The notes below the pieces were generated by a model. It had not been told where the DNA came from and did not search any database. It worked only from the letters and a program-made list of their open reading frames with translations. Source: Balanoglossus misakiensis (lineage: Eukaryota; Animalia; Hemichordata). From it: DNA of 64,000 bases. Shown in pieces: positions 1 through 11,029 of this stretch. The stretch is from assembly GCA_040954595.2 (NCBI GenBank), contig CM082586.2:867630-931629 (forward strand), given 5' to 3'. Numbering within the stretch: position 1 is the first letter of the stretch; every line of letters starts with the position of its first letter. Position numbers and translations under genes: made by a program.

Positions 1-225
1 AGTGCATGTTTTCCTGGCTGTTTTTATATTCAATTTATATATGGATACCTTTTCATCGAAATAAAATTACACTGGTATTTGTCAACCCCCAAAAATATGG
101 TATTCCTGATTTGTGCCACTAGTTGGTATCATTTATATCAGTGACAATGATGATTGTGATGACGATGATAAATGATGAGGATATGTTTTTATATGTCAAA
201 GTATATAACCTGAGAACAATTACAG

Positions 226-475
226 ATCCACCAGAATTTCATTACCTATTGATGGAATCGAAGTAAATTATTTGGATGGAGACATCCCAATCACAAGAAC
301 TGAACACATGTGTTTAGCTCATGGCATCGAAAATGCAGACATCTTCGTGCATTTTGCACCAAGTGTCTGTTTTAACCAGGTTGACGCTTTCATCTTTTGT
401 GCAGTTGCTGCTATAAAGCTGAACACGGACTATATGAAAGGAGTTTCAGTTATGATCTGGTGGATGTATACATGA
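226..475 (+). CDS. Possible terminal coding exon of an unidentified gene entering from upstream
   Basis: The acceptor-like tacag ends at 225, followed by an open frame (STRISLPIDGIEVNYLDGDIP...WWMYT) to the stop at 475. No recognisable family. Confidence 0.2.
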
Positions 476-1791
476 ATGTCTGCACATATGCCTGCGCACA
501 CAGTCGGCAGTGCAGTGTACACTGACTGTGTGTGGAATGCCCCTCGAGCCGGATCGCCGTCCGCGTATTCTGCAATGTTGTTTTCTAATAATTTTGTAAG
601 AATCGTGTTTGCACATTCAATCACCCGACACTTGTTTGATTGCTAATTTCCGTACGCATTAAAACATTGTAACTTTCGATGTAGGCAATTATATCGTAGG
701 TAAGAACTTTGTTTACATTCAGTGACTGCATTTCGTGAATGTAGTTCCGGGAATCAGCGCGAGCACTTGATCACGACCAGTTTATTATAGTGTATGGTAC
801 TAAAATGTGTACGTAATATGCTTTGAAATGTTTAAGTTTTGGAAGAATTAGAGTTTATTGCCGAATCGCATGACATCTTAATATCCGAATAATAAAGATG
901 ACAACCCCGAGTGAACACAAAAATAGTACGAACAATGGGTCGATAAGTTAGCGTCTCCAAACACAATGAATGCGCTCGTCTTTGAAAATAGCAAGAGAGA
1001 GATTTTAGCAAATCGTTTTCAAAATGCTACCGTGGTTATAATTAACTGGTCTTTAGGTGGGGGCTGAATTTAAAAGTAAACGCTGTGCGGTATAGGGGAA
1101 CGAAATAAATGGCATCCACTTACCCAGAAATATCCGTGCTGCAGTAAAAGTGAGCTTCACTCGCAGAATCAGAAAGGACGGCTTCGTCTTCGTTCGGACA
1201 TCAAAAGCCGCCACCAGACATGTAGATATAAAATGTCGACCTACATTTCCTGAACTTCTCTGGACTCTCTAACAGCCACGTGTACCTGGACTCACTCAAA
1301 GCCGTGTGCACCTGGCCTCATTAGCAATCCTTTTATGGAGAGTGCGGCCTCAACGTTCAGCAACCTGAACACCACGCTTGCTACATGTGCTTGTCTTGCT
1401 TTGCCAAACTGTTGAGGGCGCATCAGTGTATGCCATTTTATAGGTTATTTATTTTCGCTTAAACAAATTAATGTTATGTATGAGTTCATACAGATAGACA
1501 TTGATCAAAAGGTCATTTTCGTCAAAGAGATTTCATACATATAGGATGTAGGCCTAAAGTTAAACACTCAAAATACACCAAAGTTATAAATGGAAAATAC
1601 ACAGTTTTTTGGTAACATGCGGAACAAAGCAAGTCCATGAAAGAAATACAGATGGACATCTTGCAAATAAACCAAGAAATGATGCCACGTGTTTCGAAAA
1701 TAGTGATCACACCATGCACAGTATGTGACAAAAATATTAACCACCATGTATCAATCTCCAAGTCTCTAACTAGGAGGGAGTGACACTCTAC

Positions 1792-4295
1792 TTATTCATA
1801 TACGTTTCTGTTTTTTCTCTTTGTCTGTGGTTTCTGCTTATTGGAAGGGAAGGTTATTTTGAATAGCTCCCACAATATTAAACCGAACACTAATATACAG
1901 AGTGGAACCTGACAAATTGCCCAAATGGTATAGTCGATTGCAGTAATGAACCACTGAAATGCAGGATGACCGCTTATGGTATCCCAACACTTGGTCATTG
2001 ATTGCCTTAGATAAAATGGTAATAGTATATTTAGGAGGAGTGTGACCACCAGCATTGCTGCTGCTGAAAGGCGTCTTCCAAATGTGTATATGGAATGTGT
2101 AATGAACCACTGAAATGCAGGATGACCGCTTATGGTATCCCAACACTTGGTCATTGATTGCCTTAGATCAAATGGTAATAGTATATTTAGGAGGAGTGTG
2201 ACCACCAGCATTGCTGTTGCTAAAAGGCGTCTTCCAAATGTGTATATGGAATGTGTAATGAACCACTGAAATGCAGGATGACCGCTTATGGTATCCCAAC
2301 ACTTGGTCATTGATTGCCTTAGATCAAATGTTAATAACATGTTTAGGAGGAGTGTGACCACCAGCATTGCTGCTGCTGAAAGGCGTCTTCCAAACGTGTA
2401 TATGAAACCAATGCTGGTTTGATATCTACCATCTGGTGGTGGAGCTTCTCCAACTGTTTTGGCCTTAGACAAGAACTCATCCACTTTTCGGGCAACTCTG
2501 TCTGTCGAACTACTGTCATCTGGAACCACAGGGATGACGTTGCCAACGGAAGTGACACCAGCGTGTTCTAAAAAACATGAAAAAGAATGAGAATAGAAGA
2601 TGAATAGTTTTTCGCAATGCAACCCAACCAATACACGCACAATCACACCCTGTGTAACACTTTGAATATTCTTGTTTCCAGGTCAGAGAATTAAAGACAT
2701 GAATGCCAATTTCAAAAGAGCCACCCTACACCACATCTTGGTGGTTGTAACACCTTTCCAGAATAGTAAGAACACCCCGCCAGCATGCTACACCTATCAC
2801 GTTTGACTCCGACGTATAAATGTCATACAGTTGGCATTCCTAGAAGATTATAGTTCATATGCGTTAAAATTGGACTTACTAAAGCTTTGGGTAACGTCGG
2901 CAATTCCATCTACAGTGACCTGAAGCAACGCATCGTAAGTCAAAGGTCGAATGAAGAAACCGCCCGGTAAATTCAGTGCCAAGACTCGGCGCAGTGAGTC
3001 CCATATCGCGCTGAAGACTCCATTTGGAATGCGTTGGAAGACCTGCCTTACTAGTCTTGGGGAATCTGGCAAACCATTCTTGAATCTGAATGTGGCGAGG
3101 TCGTTGATTGATGGCCGTAGTTTCTCAACCATCACGTTTGGAGCTTCCCGGTAATGTTGGCTGGGTTCAACAGACAGCTTAGCCTGATACACCTTTACAA
3201 TTTCTGGCTTAGAGTCAATTCCTGGCTTAGAGTGGGTTTTGTGTATTTTGACTTGGAATATGCCGTCGGATTCACTTAGACCACTGATGAATGGATTCAG
3301 CTGAAAATACTGAATCAGATTTTCTGGAATTTCGTCGCCAGCCGTAACAACGAGGACAGTTTGGAAACCAGAAACTCTGCGAATCAAACAGACAAACCAC
3401 CGAACAAAGCGATGCAAGCGACTCTTCTGATTAAAACATTGGTTAAGTTGGGCCTCGTAAAAGCTATACAGAGGAACTTCAGTTTGGAAAAATTCTTTCA
3501 AACGTTTGGTCTGCTCGCCGTTGAATTTGTCCCAAATTGTTATGCATCGTCTTCTTTCGGCAAGACTGTGGGCGATGACATCATTGTAATGCCAAAGCTG
3601 CTGCCATTTCTCTGCAAACAGACAATGGTCTTCCAAACGTTCAGATTTCTCATCTCCATAGATAACAAGAAACACCGACCCTGTGATAAGAGACACAATA
3701 TTTTTCTTTTATTAAAATAGACAACATTAGTTGAGTTTCGATTATGATGTCTCGGCGACGGCGACGAGTATGCTATGGCTTTGTCTACAACTTGCACAGT
3801 CCACGCCGACCATTCTGTTCCAGAATATCATTTGCTCCGAGAAAATTAGTTGGCTGTCATAGTAGCAGTCGAGAGCTAAATGAAACAAGTTCCCCCTGCT
3901 CCTAATTTAGGACACCCACGTCCCAATAATGTTACTGTTTGTTCCTTTCAGTTTCACGACCGATTTACTTCTACAGACAATGACAGAAAAGCCTCACCTT
4001 TCGGAAATGTGAACGAGTCGGTCAGATAGTCTAGTTCGTTCCAGTGATCGACGTTCGCGTCTCTTCGCGACGGGGTGAAGAGACTTCGTGTCTGCCTGGC
4101 GTCGATCACTATAACCGCTGTTCTACTGGCAAAGTTACCGAGGTCATGTCGCTTTGCGCCATTTTCCACCACCAGGAACTCACTCTGACCTTCGCCATTC
4201 TCCAGTATCGACTCGAGGAGTCCTCTGACTTTTTCCCCTGCTCCCCGAAAGCTTTGGAGTTTAGTTTCTATTGATATGTAATGTTTTGCAGGCAT
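1792..4295 (-). CDS. Family paralogue P1 (~624 aa): TIR-like domain, second alpha/beta domain, multiple TM helices
   Basis: Exons 4295-3998, 3680-2880 and 2567-1792 with GT-AG phase-1 introns and continuous frame. Motifs TKLQSF, VIVIDARQTRSLFTPSRRDANVDHWNEL and GSVFLVIYGDEKS. The last exon has three hydrophobic repeats plus a final TM segment. Confidence 0.85.
1943..2404 (-). repeat. Coding tandem repeat, 3 x 156 bp (52 aa), in the last exon of P1
   Basis: gtaatgaaccactgaaatgcagg recurs at 1943, 2099 and 2255. The unit is IYTFGRRLSAAAMLVVTLLLNxLLxFDLRQSMTKCWDTISGHPAFQWFITHS. Confidence 0.95.
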
Positions 4296-4431
4296 GTTGG
4301 AAGAAGAACTTATGCACGCGTATGTACAGAACAACAACTCGACAGACTGCCTATATTTCTACTGCGCACACCCTTGTGACCTTTAGCCTCAATATGGCGT
4401 TACTGCATTACACGGATAATGCATTTGTGAC

Positions 4432-4442
4432 GAAACGAAACT
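4432..4442. promoter_or_regulatory. IRF/ISRE-like element upstream of P1
   Basis: GAAACGAAACT lies ~140 bp upstream of the P1 ATG. A second motif, TTTCAGTTTC, is at 3946-3955 in intron 1. Confidence 0.55.
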
Positions 4443-5149
4443 ACAATATAATGTGTACTTCAAATCTATCCAGACGGGGCTTGATGATTGTTAAAATCCG
4501 TTAAATGAAATATAAAACACCTGTTAATGTAGGGCAAACCAGAAATATGGAGAGATGTTAATTTAAACATTTGGGCTTGCATCCAAGAACTAAAATTAAG
4601 CTATACGTTCTAAATATTCATACAGAAAAGAGGTTTCTCTTTAGTGAATTACAATTTCGTCAGAATTAAAGTCGAGTTAGTTTTATCGCTTTCGCTTTGC
4701 TGCAATGGTAATAGTGTTGTACGCATCTGGCGCCCTCTGTATTACAGGCGACCTGTTATTTATACTATCATAGTTGACACGAGTACAAAGTATGAACATA
4801 TATCTGATAAAATACACGCCTGTTTGTGACAGGTTGTTGTTTGTACGCCAAGTGGTAAATCACAGTTGATACTGTGTCGCGCGATCAGACAAAGTCGATA
4901 GAAGCTCGGACTATGAATAATAAATCACATGGAACAATGGGTTAAGGAGCTGTTGCCGCCAATATAAATATATGACACGTCACTCAGTACGAACTTAAAT
5001 ACGATAACGTCACCAATAACAGTGAACAAATATTGGACTTAGTTACAAAGAATTTCTGTTGCTTTCAAACAATTGATGACCTGTTTTGTAGTTTATCGCT
5101 TGACCGTAGATTGAATGCATTTACGTATGATTAATTGATATCCTTGGCC

Positions 5150-5560
5150 TATATTACCATTGACTTTTCTAAATATATGCAAATTATATAAACAAGACGG
5201 AACTACTTTCTGCTTCCCAAAGGTGAGCAGTACAATCGGCGAAACTTGGTGATTTTTAACGCATTTTTTCAAGTCATCATATTATCCTTCCCGGTCATTA
5301 TAAGAAGAACAAAACATTCAGTTTTCAGTATTTTAGGAACCTCAAAATGTATACAAAAACCTGTCACTATCGCCATTGTTCTCGAAAATTAACGATGCGA
5401 TCTCACGACCTCTGACCCAAATCACTGATGAACTGACCCAATATGACCCTACTTTGCATAACGGAAGCTGCGTATCTTAGCCAATGAGCGTCGCAGGATC
5501 GCGTCATCAGCTGCCGCATCACTGTGCTGAAAATCAAGACGCCATGCAAGCAATGTTTGT
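5150..5560. mobile_element. Interspersed repeat fragment, probably transposon-derived
   Basis: Shares blocks (atatgcaaat...ctactttctgctt; tctcgaa...gatgcgatctc...cactgatga.ctgaccca..atgacc...tttgcataac...gccaatga) with ~23430-23860. Confidence 0.55.
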
Positions 5561-6009
5561 GTTTAAAGTTGAATAAAGCTTTATTTAAAAGATACATCTA
5601 TAGAGATAATCCAGTTATAACAACAATTGTCACTTTTGTCGTTTAACACGATAGGCCGTGTGTTGTTCTACCTGTGTTACATGCGAATGTCCACACACGT
5701 AAATTTCCTAGTTAAGTAATATCTCACAGGGTTTTGTGGAATACAGAAAATTGTCTCTAATAAGACTCTAAGATAAAAAATTATACGTTATTGAGTAAGA
5801 CATGCGAATTGGAGACACACAATAATTTTGTCATAGTGTGATGATTGAGTATTACTAGTATATGAAAGCACATTTTACCAGCTATGAACTGATTATGCCA
5901 ATTCCAATATGTACATGATATCATAACTATTGAAGATCTGCTCATTCATAATATCTTATTTCTGTACAGTTCAGATCTCACATAGAGTTTTGTCCTATTC
6001 ATACACTTT

Positions 6010-8133
6010 TCACTTGAATTTAACAATTCCTCGTTTCTGGTAAATCTCCGCGGCAGACAGCAACCCCAGCACTATTTGTTGGGTTTGATTGTCTTTATCC
6101 GTAGTTTTGGCAGCTCCGTCCGTGTGATCCATGTTCGACATGCGGTAAATTCTTGACGGGTCGATTCCTAGGCTGTTGGAGACAGTCACTACTGCTTTAT
6201 CGACTTCCTCCTTTGTTATCAAGTCAATGTGTGTTATTATAACAAACACAGGAATTCCCCGTCCTAAAATGCATAAAAAATCGTGAAAATAGTGACTGTG
6301 TAGTTCCGTTGTCAGTTAACATAAACGAGATATAACTTACAATTTATTTACCCCTACTTTTTCATTGATAACAGCGACCTTAGTTTGTGATGTATTTTAA
6401 ACGCAGAATATGCATTTCACGAGCTTACGTGTATGATTTACTCAATGAAAGATTTAACCAAGTCAGTGCGAAAGAATATGAGTGAAGATCTAGCATACTT
6501 TCTTACAAATGCGACCACGCTGAAGCTCCAGGTCAGTGGTGAAATGAGTAACATTATAACTTGTCCTTCTTAGATGCAAACTTTTGTAGTGCAAAGGCTA
6601 ACATTTTTTTCGCAGCGGACTCCCAAAGTTTTTTTTTAATCTCCATCCTTTTCCCATAGAGTAAAGAGACAATTTTGCTATATGGAAAGATTACCTTTAG
6701 ACTGTGCAGCCTCAATCACAGCGGAACCGAGCTGGTCTAGCTCTGCCATACCCTTATGGACGATAGCTACTGCGTGGACCTCACCATGTTTTTCCTGAAA
6801 GAAATATCTTACAAGCGCTATCGGTGAATACCACGCCCAATAATCCAGTGGCGCGTTCGAAGGGTATTTCCCATCCAGAATGTCTTTGATAACCTTGACG
6901 GACCGGTCTTTCCCGCCTCTGGTGTGGATGTTTAGCAGAGTCTGACCAGGAACATCAATACACTGGAAACAACTGCCTTTCACGTCAATTTTGAACGGAG
7001 TCAAGACAGCAGTACCAGCGGCCGCTGCCTTCCATGTTGAAGCTAGTGGTGTGTGGTGCCCTGATACCGCCTGCATGTAAAACAACACGTCCTCTGTTAT
7101 ACAAACTTACGCCAAGTACTTGCTGCTATATTCCAAGGTACAAATGTTAAAATGTCTCTAATGTCAAGTGTTGTCCCGAGGTAGCTATCCACCAAACCTA
7201 CTCGGCATTTGTGACGGGCTTTTCTTAAACCAAGTCTGACGTAAATTAGTTCAAAAGGGCAGATTTTCTAATTTCTCCACACCTTGCTGTGAAGAAATCT
7301 GACTGGGGATATCTGTGATCAAATATGAATACCTGATGCTTACTTTAATAATGGTATTGATAGTGGATGATTTTCCGTGTCCTGGCGCGCCAATTAATAC
7401 TATGTTTTGACCATGGCATTTTTCCTTGATGTCACCTGCAAATGCAAGACATGAATGTACAATTATAGTGGTAACATGCATTCCATTGAAGTAAAACATT
7501 CAAAGAATACAGAAATGGATCATTTAAAAGTTGCTTTAACTACTCACACTCATGTATGTGCCTGTGAATGAATGAATGAATGAATGAATGAATGTATGTA
7601 TGTATGTATGTATGTATGTATGTATGTATGTATGTATGTATGTATGTATGTATGTATGTATGTATGTATGTATGTATGTATGTATGTATGTATGTATGTA
7701 TGTATGTATGTATGTATGTATGTATGTATGTATGTATGTATGTATGTATGTATGTATGTATGCATGCATGCATGCATGCATATGTATGTATGTATGTATG
7801 TATATATGTATGCAATGCTTACTTAAAGTAGCGATCCTCATTGTTCTTGTCTGCACATTGAATTCCAGATTTCTTGCCTTCAATTCCCTGATGGTACTAA
7901 ACGGATCCAAAACCACACTCTCTTCACCAGGCAGAGAAACGATTGTCCTCAGGATGATTTCATTGCCCGTTTCTCGAACATCCCTGAGGTCATCATCGGT
8001 CAGACCAAATTCTTCAATTCTCTCCTTTATCTTTACAACAATATCTACGACTCGATGTTCCTCTGAGCACAGGAATCGAACGGGATCTCGTGCTGTGTTG
8101 GGTCTCACCATAATTTCCACGACTGAGAGAGAT

Positions 8134-8226
<93 letters not shown>

Positions 8227-10067
8227 GTCGCTAACATAATTATATATGTATGTATAGAGGTTATAACACTCGCGAAGGACGCGATATTTTCCTATTCAAG
8301 TCATTATTAATTTTAATTGTCAAATGTTCCTTATTAAGGGAAAACCACCTTAATTTTTCAAAAAAGCTAATGAACTGTTTACATAACACGGTAGCAAGTT
8401 CAGCTCCTTCCTGTCATTGTGTATAAGTTGCGCCACTGTAGACAAACACGTATACTTCTATATTTAATTAATGTGTTCCAGGTATAACAAAACGAAAGCT
8501 TACTATTCAATGTATTATTCTTTTATTTCGAAGAGTTGCATGGAAACAGGTGAGTCATGGGAATTCCCGGAACCGCGGGTGACCAAATGAAAACGAAAGC
8601 CGATATCATTCATTGATTTTTAACGAATCGATTCAGTGCACCATGTTAAGATGTGTGACCATCGCGATCTACTTGTTTGAACGGAACGTGTAACCCATGT
8701 GTCCGCGTTCAAGTCTCATGGAACCATTACCTGTGATTTTTAGTCATGTTTTTTTATCTTATTGTGTGTATCTACTGCATGTTATACTAGTAAGCGTGTA
8801 TTCAGCTACATGTATAAGCAATACTGCTGTACATAATGCATTATTGTTGAAAAGTCAAGTCCGGACTGGAAACAACAATGACAATGGTCGTTACACAAAC
8901 GTGGACTATGGTGACAAGCAAAAAAGCTGAGTATTTGAGCATAACACAAGGAGCATGCGTATGACAATATAGCTCAATAATAACCAAGGGATAAATCGTT
9001 TGATTGTCAGGCATTCATGTATTTCATATGAAATACCTGTGCGTAATACACAAACTCTTCATATTTTGTTATATTTATCGATACTCACCTTCATCGCTTT
9101 TGGAAGGTTTAATTTTGAAAACAAGTTCCTCATACTTCAAATTTTGTACTTTAGTTCGTGGTTTGAGTTGCTGTTCGTGGCCGTCAATGATTTTCATAAG
9201 AACGACTTCGCTTCCGCCTTTTTTGGCTTTTGCAGTAACGTCTGCGGCCAGATTAAAGTGCGCGATATTCTCGCGAATATACTGAGCCAGATCAGAGACA
9301 ACGGTACTCTTTACATAGGGAAGACTGACGGGGTTGACTGACTCTATGTATCTGACAGGTATGGCGTAGGCTGAAAAAAAATAACGACTGTTTAATCAAA
9401 TACACGAACACTTGGTCTACGTGCTAAAGTATGAGAGAGCGAAATTGCCTCAAATTTTAAATTCAAAATTGCTGCCTGTGTTGTTAACGCCATTGGGGAA
9501 TGGAAAGTAGTGATTTTTTTAAACAAGACGGGGAGCCCCCTGTATTCCTCGTTGTTTTCATAAACGACTCACCAAACACTATAATGTTGAAAGAATTGTA
9601 ATGTTTGGAGGACTATCATTTTTCTGAAAATCTACTCGACACTATCTCAAGCATTTCAGTGATATCACATGCAAGTTAGCTTTGGGCGTAGCGCCATGTA
9701 CAGGTTACACAAAAGTCAGTGACATTTGCATAATTTCTTTATGTTTGGATGAACGTTTCCTCGTGCGGAAAAAATGGAAATATGACTTACTAGGCTCTCG
9801 CTGGGAAGTAAATTCTACAATGTTGTTTTTCTGAATGACTGATACTGGTTCAGAAAACTTCAATTTCCTTTTTTCTCCTTTGTCGTCCTTTAAAAGCAGA
9901 CCAACTTGATTGATATTGATATCGTCACCACTCAACCCGAACAGACCAGCCTTGCTCTTCAGTAGAAGCGCCAGTTCATGAACGGTGTCTGTCTCTTTGC
10001 ATGTCAATGGTATCTCGTTCTCACCAGCAGGTGGGTACTTCACGTAGATTTTCTTCTCGCCGCTCAT
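6010..10067 (-). CDS. Triple ubiquitin-like domain / IFI44-like P-loop GTPase fusion (~526 aa)
   Basis: Exons 10067-9791, 9370-9089, 8122-7823, 7435-7344, 7070-6695 and 6263-6010 total 1581 nt in frame. Motifs: G1 GAPGHGKSS, G3-like DVPG, IKDILDGKYP, VHAVAIV, G4-like IITHID and LGIDPSRIYRMSN, in the order known for IFI44/IFI44L. Exon 1 aligns by eye to ubiquitin (IYVK...LTCKETDTVHELALLLKSKAG...IQKNNIVEF). Confidence 0.8.
7565..7810. repeat. (TGAA)n/(TATG)n microsatellite, intronic
   Basis: Tetranucleotide array seen directly. It produces the spurious MYVC/HTYI ORFs. Confidence 0.97.
8137..8223. repeat. (AG)n microsatellite forming the polypyrimidine tract of the 8122 acceptor on the minus strand
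   Basis: Dinucleotide array seen directly, next to the acceptor. Confidence 0.97.
8489..8600. promoter_or_regulatory. Composite immune enhancer or alternative promoter: ISRE-like, AP-1, NF-kB, ISRE-like
   Basis: AAAACGAAAGC at 8489-8499, TGAGTCA at 8551-8557, GGGAATTCCC at 8559-8568 and GAAAACGAAAGC at 8589-8600. Confidence 0.65.
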
Positions 10068-11029
10068 AACTGCAAAGGCGGGGGTTTCAGCGATACTGAA
10101 TACCAGTATACCAGTAAACACTCACTGTGAGTTTGGTAAAAATGGCGACCACGAGCAAGTAATATTCGAAACGAAAAGTAATCCACGAATCTTGCACTGT
10201 GAAGGATAAATATTTACATTACGTCAATACTAGTATAACGTGTCAAGTCGGTCGGTGTGGCATGATATATGAATCAAGACGCGTTGCCGATACTCACTTC
10301 CGCTCAGAAAATAGTGCGTTTGAAAGGCAGACGTTATAGGTGACCAAACATTGTCTTTGTATGATTGCAAAATATCTGTGCAACTAAGAAAGATGCAAAC
10401 CCAGCGCGGCTATTCTATGAAGACCTCTTGACCTCAAAGATAAAAACAAATACCCAGAGAAGTTGACCATTAACATACCATATTGTGATTGGTTGAAATA
10501 AAGGGAATTTCCCTACAAGCCAGCTTCTACTTAAGGCCGGGTCCATTAGCAGAGCCATAGACTGGTACTCTATGCACTTGTTCGAAATAAGGCTAAGATC
10601 CCATCAACTAAGGAAAGGTAATATTTTTTCAATCATTGGTCTTAAATGAAGGTTAGGGGGACGATCTACAACAGACTCAAAACTGAAAAGCAACGTTTGT
10701 GATCTAACCGTATGCACGGCTGTTCATTCATGGTAACTCGCTATGTTTCTTTGTTGTGAACGACTGCGTCACATAACCTTTGTTGATGCTGAAAAAAGCA
10801 CGGTGTCTTCAACAAGGCTGATATACACCAACAGATGATATAAGGCAGGCTGCATATTAGTGGCATAATCTATGTTTTTTTCTTTGCATACTTGGAGCAT
10901 GCGTGGATAATTTGAGCAATGACAACTACTTATGTCCTATTTCTAGAAATTGGCCAATCACTATTTTTTTTACAAACTTAAATATTCTGATATCTACTTT
11001 GACTTTCTTATATTGATAGATACTTAGTG
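10068..11029. promoter_or_regulatory. Putative bidirectional promoter between the Ubl-IFI44-like gene (-) and P2 (+)
   Basis: The start codons are head-to-head ~960 bp apart. GAAACGAAAAGT at 10168-10179, TTACGTCA (CRE/CEBP-like) at ~10219-10226 and GGGAATTTCCC (NF-kB) at 10503-10513. Confidence 0.6.

Noticed and set aside
1943-2404. Regularly spaced repeats as a CRISPR array
   Set aside because: The units are contiguous and in frame with no unique spacers, and the context is eukaryotic.
7540-8310. ORFs with MYVC, HTYI, ERER or SLSL repeats
   Set aside because: They are translations of microsatellites. Only 8122-7823 on the - strand is a credible exon.
9089-10067. A standalone ISG15-like di-ubiquitin gene
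   Set aside because: There is no terminal LRGG. A strong phase-1 donor at 9089 matches the 8122 acceptor, which favours fusion to the GTPase.
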